Shown: positions 16,493 to 23,356 of the stretch, piece after piece
How the letters are laid out: the number at the start of each line of letters is the position of its first letter
Numbering within the stretch: position 1 is the first letter of the stretch
Source: Thermodesulfobacteriota bacterium
GTDB lineage: Bacteria > Desulfobacterota > WTBG01 > JAGOGO01
Length of the DNA: 32,000 nucleotides
Assembly (NCBI GenBank): GCA_026625185.1
Contig: CP113000.1
Location: 2,115,622-2,147,621, forward strand
Direction of reading: 5' to 3'
Program-made: the position numbers and the translations under genes
Notes under the pieces: model-generated
Told to the model about the DNA's origin: nothing
Databases searched by the model: none
What the model saw: only the letters and a program-made list of their open reading frames with translations

Positions 16493-17620
16493 ATGAAACC
16501 TACCCCAGAACAAATATTGGAGGAAATTTATAAGCGTGCCGAAAATTCGCGCAAAAAGTCTTTCATAACCGATGGGGTAATAAAAAAACAAATTGACTAT
16601 GTTTGCCATTGCACGAGTAACCGCGCCGGTGTTCGATTGTTAATGGCTTGTCTTTTAGGAAAATTAGATAATCCGAAAGTTGATCCCCGAATGCCCTATA
16701 CGGAGATCGGAACTAATGACTGTTTTTCGGGGCGCACCTATGATGAACGCTATATAACACACTTTATTAACGTGCACCGCTTGCCCTGCAATCCGACGAC
16801 CGCCTTTCTAACGCCTACCTTGCGTAATATAGACCGTCCTCTTAAAACTGATACTGAGCTTGTGGGAAGACCGCGAGAACTTTACAAAACTACTCTCCAA
16901 TTATTGGAGGAAGTTGCCAAGAACCGTATTAGCGCCGACATTGTTTTTATTGAAGTTGTGCGTATATTACTAAATGCCCGCGACGAAAAGTTAAACCGCA
17001 TAGCTTCGCTTCTCAAATCCATTAAACGTGGGGAGGGAGCCTTGCCGCTCTCGTCTGAGACAATCGTTACACTAATCGAGCAACATCTGGCTTGTAAAAA
17101 ATCAAGCCGTCTTCCGGTATTGGTAGTAGCTGCTGCGTATCAGGTTGCCGGGAAACGAATAGGGGAGCGCGTTTTGCCGCTCAACTCTCATAATGCCGCT
17201 GACTTACAAACTGGCTCTATCGGTGACGTGGAGGTTTGTCTTGTTGGAGATGATAACGTCGTTACCGCTTACGAAATGAAGATGAAAAGGGTAACGATAG
17301 ATGATATAGACGGAGCAATAAATAAAATCGTTAAAGCATCACAAAGGATTCATAATTATATCTTTATAACTACCGAAAAGATTGACCCAGAAACAGCCGA
17401 ATATGCTTTAAAATTTTATGAGGAAACAGGGGGAATTGAGATCGTCATACTTGATTGTATCGGCTTTTTAAGACATTTTTTGCATCTATTCCACCGGCTT
17501 CGTACAGATTATTTAAATACTTATCAGACTCTTGTGTTGGAGGAGCCTGATTCGGCAGTTAGTCAGTCTCTAAAAGAGGCTTTTCTTGCTTTAAGGCAGT
17601 CTGCTGAGAGTGGTGAATAA
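16493..17620 (+). CDS. putative type II restriction endonuclease (PD-(D/E)xK)
   Basis: It starts 2 nt after the methyltransferase stop. The core SHNAADLQTGSIGD245VEVCLVGDDNVVTAYE261MK263 gives D-x15-ExK. Confidence 0.6.
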   Translation: MKPTPEQILEEIYKRAENSRKKSFITDGVIKKQIDYVCHCTSNRAGVRLLMACLLGKLDNPKVDPRMPYTEIGTNDCFSGRTYDERYITHFINVHRLPCNPTTAFLTPTLRNIDRPLKTDTELVGRPRELYKTTLQLLEEVAKNRISADIVFIEVVRILLNARDEKLNRIASLLKSIKRGEGALPLSSETIVTLIEQHLACKKSSRLPVLVVAAAYQVAGKRIGERVLPLNSHNAADLQTGSIGDVEVCLVGDDNVVTAYEMKMKRVTIDDIDGAINKIVKASQRIHNYIFITTEKIDPETAEYALKFYEETGGIEIVILDCIGFLRHFLHLFHRLRTDYLNTYQTLVLEEPDSAVSQSLKEAFLALRQSAESGE

Positions 17621-17651
17621 TCCTGAAACATTTCATATAAAATTGGCAATT

Positions 17652-17686
17652 GCAAAACAAAAAGGTAAAAGGCCTTTTTGTTTTGC
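17652..17686 (+). terminator. hairpin terminator after the R-M pair
   Basis: gcaaaacaaaaagg (17652-17665) and cctttttgttttgc (17673-17686) form a 14-bp perfect stem with a U-rich 3' arm. Confidence 0.55.
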
Positions 17687-17750
17687 GAAGGGGCAACAAT
17701 CTATCAGTGTCCTTTACAAATCAATATAACCATTGTTGGACACGTAGACA

Positions 17751-18305
17751 ATGAAGACTAAAAAGGGAAAGAAGGACGTTCTCGATCTCAAGGGTGACAT
17801 GCGAGTGGTGAAGAGACTTCTTCAACTATATGACGCATGTTTGAAAAATGCGGAGGCTCTCTTATCCGAAGCAGATTTACTCTTCAAGAAAGGCCACCAC
17901 CCAAGGGCGTTTACTCTTGCCCACACTGGCTGGGAAGAGACTGGAAAGTCCCAACTCGTGGCCGACTTCTTGAACCAAATGGTTTCCCCAGTGGAGTTCG
18001 AGGCCGCCTTCAAGGATCACAAACTGAAATCTGCATATAACTGGAGACGGTTTGTTTGGAACTTTGCCAACATCGCTGACTCCACAATTGAATACGACCG
18101 TAACAAAACGACAGCGGGTCTGCAAAAACGTCACTCATCACTTTACGTTGGGAAAAACACCGATTTTAGCCCTATTGCACCTGAGAGTCAGGTTAGTAAA
18201 GAGGAAGCACATACGGTCATCGAAGCTCTACGGAACGAGATTAAGAAGATAAACTTGTACGATGCAATCACTGAACGAGTCGGTTCAAAGTCTTTTCTGA
18301 AGTGA
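17751..18305 (+). CDS. AbiV-like abortive infection protein
   Basis: LYDACLKNAEALLSEADLLFKKGHHPRAFTLAHTGWEETGKSQLV follows the AbiV family N-terminal helix pattern (NAxxLLxDAxxLxxxGxYxxAxxLxxxxxEExGK), as I recall it. Confidence 0.6.
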   Translation: MKTKKGKKDVLDLKGDMRVVKRLLQLYDACLKNAEALLSEADLLFKKGHHPRAFTLAHTGWEETGKSQLVADFLNQMVSPVEFEAAFKDHKLKSAYNWRRFVWNFANIADSTIEYDRNKTTAGLQKRHSSLYVGKNTDFSPIAPESQVSKEEAHTVIEALRNEIKKINLYDAITERVGSKSFLK

Positions 18306-18497
18306 GGCGGCCCTATGCTGGCCGCAACCAACACGAAACAAGAATATAGGCCAGTCGGAGGAAGGCTATAGAAAACAGACGTATGGGAAAACGGGGACGT
18401 CACTAAAATTATAAAATTCTTAACAACGGGGTCTTATACGGATCAATATAAATATTTTTTGAATTGAAGTACTGGTTTGGAGGACAGGAGGAAGTAT

Positions 18498-19016
18498 ATG
18501 CTCAACCTCAGTGATCTTACCAACGGCTTGCCTGCTATTACACCAGCATTCGGCCAATACCTGGCCGAGGCAGGGGCTGTGTGCTTAGAATCTCAAGGAC
18601 ATTCCAAGGGTCAAGGGCTTTCCGTGCAAGGAATACATTCGCAATTCTACTCTCTCTACTGGCCCAATATTACGGATCAGATGGAAAGATGCCTTAACGA
18701 TCCCGATGTCGCGACGGAGCACGGGGCAGTTGGAATAGCGGTCCTACTTATAAAGCGTTTGATAGGTTATGCGGTAATAGAGCGGTCACGAAAGGGAACG
18801 GGCTTCGACTATTGGCTTGGAGACGAAGCAGATATGCCTTTCCAGAATAAGGCAAGACTCGAGGTTTCTGGTATTAGAAATGGAGACCAAAAAACCGTCA
18901 ACGCTCGTGTTCGACAGAAACTGACGCAGACTGAGGTATCCGACAAAATGAGGTTACCGGCCTATATTGTGGTTGTTGAGTTTGGCCGACCTCTTGCTGA
19001 AGTGAGGCAACGATGA
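18498..19016 (+). CDS. hypothetical protein with a PD-(D/E)xK-like (restriction endonuclease fold) motif pattern
   Basis: AGGAGG at 18486-18491, then ATG 18498 (the track ORF begins at TTG 18477). E81...GFD111YWLG...RLE129VS131G, using track numbering. Confidence 0.7.
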   Translation: MLNLSDLTNGLPAITPAFGQYLAEAGAVCLESQGHSKGQGLSVQGIHSQFYSLYWPNITDQMERCLNDPDVATEHGAVGIAVLLIKRLIGYAVIERSRKGTGFDYWLGDEADMPFQNKARLEVSGIRNGDQKTVNARVRQKLTQTEVSDKMRLPAYIVVVEFGRPLAEVRQR

Positions 19017-20128
19017 AGGACGCGAACGAACTCCACAATGAGTCTATGGACCGGGCTGAGTTAGCACTCTTGGCCCGTATGAGGGGCGAACATGAGGAGG
19101 CAGAGCGTCTATTCACAGAATCCCTTCAGCTTGAAATGGAAGCAATTGAGGTAGTTGATCAGTTGCCGTACGTTGAGCCGAATTACTCTATTCTCCACTG
19201 TAGCGCTGCCACACTTGCTCTTGATTGCAATGATTCGCGCCTCGCGGAAATGTTGATCAGCAAGGCTCTCGCCCACGATCCCCCCCCGCAGATAGCAGAC
19301 GAACTCCGGGACTTATTCGAACAAGTCCAGTTCCGCCGACATCTCCAGTTGCGTGGGATAACCCTGGCCGAGGACGAACTGCAGATGAGCTTGGCTGGCC
19401 AAGGAGTAGGCTTTGGCGTTGTCCATAGTGGTGAGTTTCTTCAAAGAATTGATGGCGCTTCGAAAATTATATATAGGATCGTGGAGCGCCGTCAGAATAA
19501 GCCTTTCCGAGAAAAAGGCCGTCTGGCGCGACTCATTAAGGACGACTATGAGCTCTTTCTGTCTGTTCCTCGCGCCGCGAGTTTTGCAGTTACACTAAAA
19601 TTGGGTCACCCGTCTAACCAGCCCAAATTGCCAGGTATTGCGGATGCGTTTGAAATCGTTAACGAATTTATGACCCTTATGGGTCTCGTCAATAAAGCCG
19701 ACTTCTCCGCAATCGAATCACGAATTCCTGATCCTGTTTATAGAACGAATTTCGTACAATTGGCTAAGCGGTTGGCTCCAGACGGGGATAACGTCAAGGT
19801 TGTTGGATTCACTTCGATTCACGAAGGGCGAGAAAGGTTTGTTGAAGTCACGCGGCCTAAAACCAAGATCATAACTCCTGAGCCGAGGTCCGTAGTGCAG
19901 GCTGAGTTGGTAGTTGTTCGAGGTGTGCTGCGATTTGCGGACGCCACTCACACAGACAGCGGGCATATCAAGATCGTCGACGAAGAGAGTAAGACTACTC
20001 ATCAAGTAAAGGTCCCGGAGGGCATGATGAACGACATCGTAAAACCACTGTGGGACACGACAGTGGTGATCAAGGGTAGACGGGAAGGGAATTACATTCT
20101 TCTTCAGGATATTATTGAAGAAGAATAG
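19013..20128 (+). CDS. hypothetical 371-aa protein (N-terminal TPR-like helices, remainder unassigned)
   Basis: ATGA overlap with the upstream gene (19013-19016). The frame is long and clean with balanced composition. No catalytic or NTP-binding motif recognised. Confidence 0.7.
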   Translation: MKDANELHNESMDRAELALLARMRGEHEEAERLFTESLQLEMEAIEVVDQLPYVEPNYSILHCSAATLALDCNDSRLAEMLISKALAHDPPPQIADELRDLFEQVQFRRHLQLRGITLAEDELQMSLAGQGVGFGVVHSGEFLQRIDGASKIIYRIVERRQNKPFREKGRLARLIKDDYELFLSVPRAASFAVTLKLGHPSNQPKLPGIADAFEIVNEFMTLMGLVNKADFSAIESRIPDPVYRTNFVQLAKRLAPDGDNVKVVGFTSIHEGRERFVEVTRPKTKIITPEPRSVVQAELVVVRGVLRFADATHTDSGHIKIVDEESKTTHQVKVPEGMMNDIVKPLWDTTVVIKGRREGNYILLQDIIEEE

Positions 20129-20215
20129 GTTCGAACCAGTCGCTGCACCGAATCGGCTGGAAACGGCGCCTACCTCCCGGTGAGCTTTCCGTTAAATTTT
20201 ATGATTATGAGTATT

Positions 20216-20236
20216 TTTTTAAACTACGTGCGGAGA
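20216..20236 (+). repeat. direct repeat copy 1 (tttttaaactacgtgcggaga)
   Basis: 19 of 21 nt match 21362-21382, with a 14-nt exact core aaactacgtgcgga. Statistical support is only marginal in AT-rich DNA. Confidence 0.35.
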
Positions 20237-20303
20237 TGTGATAATTTCTATAGTTAAAAGAAAAAAGTTGGGGAATAATTTCCGCAATTCTTAGGTCTGG
20301 GGT

Positions 20304-20489
20304 TTATTTTTTGTCCAATCCAGTCCCTTCGTTTTCTTTTTGTTGATTTAAAGGATTTACCTCGTTGGAAATATTATTATTTTGAGATAATATAAGACAT
20401 CCAGGAATGGAAAAACACTGAACTGCAAAATCTCTCTCTGCCTCCAACCAGGCCGTTTTATAGTCATCGGGATATAATCTGGTGTACAT
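20304..20489 (-). CDS. hypothetical 61-aa protein, operon partner of the Ntn hydrolase
   Basis: Strong RBS AAGGAGGG 6-7 nt before ATG 20489. It starts 19 nt after the upstream stop. Confidence 0.55.
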   Translation of the reverse strand: MYTRLYPDDYKTAWLEAERDFAVQCFSIPGCLILSQNNNISNEVNPLNQQKENEGTGLDKK

Positions 20490-20508
20490 AAAAAGACCCT
20501 CCTTTTAC

Positions 20509-21180
20509 CTAAATTTCAATAGTTTTTGTAATGTTACCCACACCAGGAGCTACTTCGCTACGTTTTTTTGCCTTTTCGATAAAATCTTTTACCGCTTCTT
20601 TACTAAGTGATTTTTTATAATCGGCTTCGATAAGTGAATATAAAGCATGAGGTCCACCGGACCCGATGGCAACAAAACCGATCGGATCATGGCATATCAT
20701 ATCACCGGGGTTTATGACTGTGTAAATATGACAAGCAGAATCGTCTTTTCCCGCCAGAATAAATTCAACTCCAGCGTTATATTTTATAAATGCTTGGTCA
20801 ATAATTTGAACAAGGCTTGGAAAGAGTTTTTGCTGTAAAGTTAAATAAGAATTTAAATCCAGTCCCCGTGGTTCTAATTCATTTCTGATGATGCGAAGTT
20901 TCCGAACCAACTGGTATGATTCTCTTAATATATCTGCTATCCGCTGTGTTGATTGAATGTTTTCAATGTTAACGCGCTGTTTTGTTATCTTTATAATTTC
21001 ATTAGCAAATAATACATCTCCAGCAATTAAAACCCAGGCGTTATCAGTAATCTTTACGATTTTATCTATTTCTTGATTTTCAAATTCATACCCAATCGGG
21101 AAATGAGCCGTAATCATTTGATCTGATGTAAGAATACACCCATTACCATTATCACATAAAGCAGCTATACATACGGTCAT
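20509..21180 (-). CDS. proteasome-type (T1 family, HslV/Anbu/BPH-like) Ntn hydrolase
   Basis: MTVCIAAL places Thr directly after the initiator Met. This is followed by LTSDQM, DKIVKITDN, LIAGDVLFA and VAIGSGGPHALYSL, in the order of the proteasome beta-subunit motifs. RBS AGGGAGGA. Confidence 0.65.
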   Translation of the reverse strand: MTVCIAALCDNGNGCILTSDQMITAHFPIGYEFENQEIDKIVKITDNAWVLIAGDVLFANEIIKITKQRVNIENIQSTQRIADILRESYQLVRKLRIIRNELEPRGLDLNSYLTLQQKLFPSLVQIIDQAFIKYNAGVEFILAGKDDSACHIYTVINPGDMICHDPIGFVAIGSGGPHALYSLIEADYKKSLSKEAVKDFIEKAKKRSEVAPGVGNITKTIEI

Positions 21181-21361
21181 TTTTATTCCTCCCTTGATTT
21201 TTTCTTTTTTCTTAAAATCTAATGTAATAATAAGTTCGTTTTTTTTAAAAAATCAATCTTTTTTTATAATATTATGGTTTTATAGAATGCAATTTTCACA
21301 CCATTAAAATTAAAATTATTCAACCACTGGTGTTTTTGGGTAAAAAATTCACCTTTAAAAT

Positions 21362-21382
21362 TTTTCAAACTACGTGCGGAAA
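21362..21382 (+). repeat. direct repeat copy 2 (ttttcaaactacgtgcggaaa)
   Basis: See 20216-20236. It is followed by ...gatttcattaCA at 21405-21416, which resembles a Mu-type TG/CA terminus read in reverse. Confidence 0.35.
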
Positions 21383-21571
21383 ATCTCTCTTGAATTTTGT
21401 CGCCGATTTCATTACAAAAAAACAGGGGTTAGCGGGTAAGAGTGTGGCGACAAAATTTTCTCCAAATTTCATCTAACTTCTTATTATCCCGGCATTTACC
21501 GGCATATCCCACCTAATCCCGTTATTCTCCTATTATGTTACATTCCTCACACGTTTATAAAGGAGGAAAGA

Positions 21572-21874
21572 ATGGTTAAACGATTTGGTATCCTTGTAAT
21601 AATAGTTGCGGCAATAGCAGTCTTTTCCGGCTGCGCGTGCCAAAAAGACCTTTCGGCTGAGAACTGGGGACGGTCTTTTGAATTGGCCAAATATAACCAG
21701 TATCTGAATCCAGAAGCAGGAAAAAATCTGGAACCGGTTGAGGGCTTAAATGGATGGGCCGCTGATGCGGTTATGGCAGGGTACCAGGAATCTTTTAAAG
21801 GCGGCGGAAAAGGCCCACAGAGCGTCAATTTGAATCTGGGAAGCATTTCCGGCATCGGACAGGCAAAACAGTAA
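21572..21874 (+). CDS. small lipoprotein at the head of the tad cluster
   Basis: RBS AAGGAGG. Signal peptide with lipobox AVFSGC. 100 aa. Confidence 0.7.
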   Translation: MVKRFGILVIIVAAIAVFSGCACQKDLSAENWGRSFELAKYNQYLNPEAGKNLEPVEGLNGWAADAVMAGYQESFKGGGKGPQSVNLNLGSISGIGQAKQ

Positions 21875-21975
21875 ATGTAAAGGGTGAGGTGTAAAACGTA
21901 AGGTGTTACGATTTACACCTCACCCTTTACGATTAACGCTTTACGTGGGTGAAGAAGGTAAGGGGTAAAGACTTT
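21871..21975 (+). repeat. tandem heptamer array (~15 units) with internal dyad symmetry
   Basis: gtaaatg taaaggg tgaggtg taaaacg taaggtg ttacgat ttacacc tcaccct ttacgat taacgct ttacgtg ggtgaag aaggtaa ggggtaa. Confidence 0.8.
21877..21930 (+). terminator. 25-bp stem (one mismatch) hairpin after the lipoprotein gene
   Basis: gtaaagggtgaggtgtaaaacgtaa / ttacgatttacacctcaccctttac with loop ggtg. It is embedded in the heptamer array at 21871-21975. Confidence 0.6.
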
Positions 21976-22179
21976 ACATAGTTTTTTTCCCTGAAATACA
22001 TAAAATACTCTATGGATTTATTTGCTGGATAATGGAAGAGATAAAAAAGGAAAAAATGAGGAAACCCCTCAATCCCCCCTTCGTAAAGGGGGAAGGATTT
22101 ATTTTTATAGATTTTTCTTTTTCCTGCTAGAATTTTTATTATCTCTACCCGCCGGTGAAAGATAAATTCGCTTTAACTT

Positions 22180-22267
22180 CCTCTCCCCGCTGGGGAGAGG
22201 ATAGAGGTGAGGGGTAAAATAAATAAAGTTCCCCCTCACCCTGACCCTCTCCCCCGAGGGGAGAGGG
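22180..22267. repeat. MITE-like element: two inverted copies of the DUF559-associated terminal repeat with a 10-nt spacer
   Basis: cctctccccgctggggagagg-ata-gaggtgaggggta (22180-22216) faces the inverted copy ccccctcaccctgaccctctcccccgaggggagaggg (22231-22267). Confidence 0.75.
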
Positions 22268-22303
22268 AAAATGTTTCAGATAAAGAAAAAGAAGAAAAAC
22301 CAC

Positions 22304-22798
22304 ATGAAACTGAAACTATCGACCCATAATCAAAGAGGGGTCTCAGCGCTCGAGTTCACGATTTTAGCCCCTATGCTTTTTGTGCTTATTTACGGGATTA
22401 TAGAATTCGGTATCCTTTTTTATGATAAAGGGTTGCTCACCAACGCAAGCCGGGAGGGCGCCCGCGCAGGTATAAAGTATGATGCTGATCATAACACATC
22501 GGGTGATATCCAGACAAGGGCAATCGCGGCAGTAAACCAATATTTACGGAAGGATAATAACACCGGGTGGAGATTGATTGATTTGGGCGCTACAGCACCA
22601 GCCCCTAACACTCCGCTGCCGACTATAATAACCGTCACCGATCCAACTCTTGGTAACAATAGACTGCGCGTGGAGGTGCAGTGGACATATAATTTTTTAG
22701 TGCTTCCTAATTTTAAAGGCCTCGGCTGGGTTGATCTTAACCCAGCGATTACTCTCAACGCAGTGACCGAAATGATGTTGGAAGAAAACCAGTCGTAG
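22304..22798 (+). CDS. tadE: TadE-like pilus assembly/minor pilin protein
   Basis: QRGVSALEFTILAPMLFVLIYGIIEFG is the TadE N-terminal motif. I chose the start at 22304 (MKLKLSTHNQRG) by paralogy with MKPNQSTYNQRG of the next gene. The track start at 22271 lies inside a repeat. Confidence 0.8.
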   Translation: MKLKLSTHNQRGVSALEFTILAPMLFVLIYGIIEFGILFYDKGLLTNASREGARAGIKYDADHNTSGDIQTRAIAAVNQYLRKDNNTGWRLIDLGATAPAPNTPLPTIITVTDPTLGNNRLRVEVQWTYNFLVLPNFKGLGWVDLNPAITLNAVTEMMLEENQS

Positions 22799-22820
22799 GA
22801 GGTTTGAAACGGGAAAAACC

Positions 22821-23342
22821 ATGAAACCGAATCAATCAACCTATAATCAGCGAGGGGTCTCTGCCCTCGAGTTCACGATTATCGCGCCCCTGGTTTTTGT
22901 GCTGGTTTACGGATTGATAGAATTCGGATGCTTTTTTTATGATAAAGCGATGATCACTAACGCGTGCCGGGAAGGCGCCCGGGCCGGAATAGTGTATGTC
23001 CATGATCATAACATATTGGAGGATGGAACGGATTATGATATCACCTCAAGGGTAGAGGGGGCAGTAAACTTTTTTTTAGGTGATTATAGAGGAGTGAATT
23101 TCAGCCCCTGGTGGGGACCCAGCCCCTGGCCAAAGTTAATATGTTTTGGCTCTTCAACTCCAAATCCTGGTTCCCCGAATGTGACTATCCCCACTGGTAC
23201 AAATAAATTGCGCGTTGTAGTTAGTTGGAATTATGACTTTTTAGTTCTTCCCCATTTTGGACCTCTTGGTTGGGGAAGTCTGGCAAACCCGTTTCCTCTC
23301 ACCGCGGTGAGCGAAATGATGCTGGAAGAAAACCCGGCCTAG
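22821..23342 (+). CDS. tadE: TadE-like protein, paralog
   Basis: QRGVSALEFTIIAPLVFVLVYGLIEFG. The C-terminal ...AVSEMMLEENP is shared with the upstream paralog. Confidence 0.8.
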   Translation: MKPNQSTYNQRGVSALEFTIIAPLVFVLVYGLIEFGCFFYDKAMITNACREGARAGIVYVHDHNILEDGTDYDITSRVEGAVNFFLGDYRGVNFSPWWGPSPWPKLICFGSSTPNPGSPNVTIPTGTNKLRVVVSWNYDFLVLPHFGPLGWGSLANPFPLTAVSEMMLEENPA

Positions 23343-23356
23343 GAGTGTTAAAAAAA

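Noticed and set aside
20128-20149. Possible tRNA gene
   Set aside because: Only the T-loop-to-acceptor 3' part is present. There is no matching 5' acceptor strand, D-arm or anticodon arm upstream (that sequence is the end of a protein-coding gene). It is therefore reported only as a low-interest fragment.
21227-21256. Sigma70-like promoter for the Ntn operon: TTGATT (complement of 21251-21256), an 18-nt spacer, then TATTAT (complement of 21227-21232)
   Set aside because: The hexamers are plausible, but such matches are frequent in AT-rich DNA. There is not enough support to list it as a feature without transcript mapping.
8099-21410. 13-nt identity ttgtcgccgattt at 8099-8111 and 21398-21410, and the local inverted pair gaattttgtcgcc (21392-21404) / ggcgacaaaatt (21447-21458)
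   Set aside because: By my rough estimate, several exact 13-mers are expected by chance among all position pairs in 32 kb. I kept this only as context for the candidate prophage end, not as a feature.
15534-21428. aaaacaggg present both at 15534-15542 and at 21420-21428, as a possible 9-bp target duplication flanking the whole accessory arm
   Set aside because: A 9-mer match is expected many times by chance in 32 kb, and the sequences just inside the two copies show no inverted-repeat relationship.
21975-22300. Search for a Flp-type pilin ORF upstream of tadE (e.g. ATG at 22033, MEEIKKEKMRKPLNPPFVKGEGFIF...)
   Set aside because: The only small ORFs here are translations of repeat units and lack the hydrophobic Flp helix.
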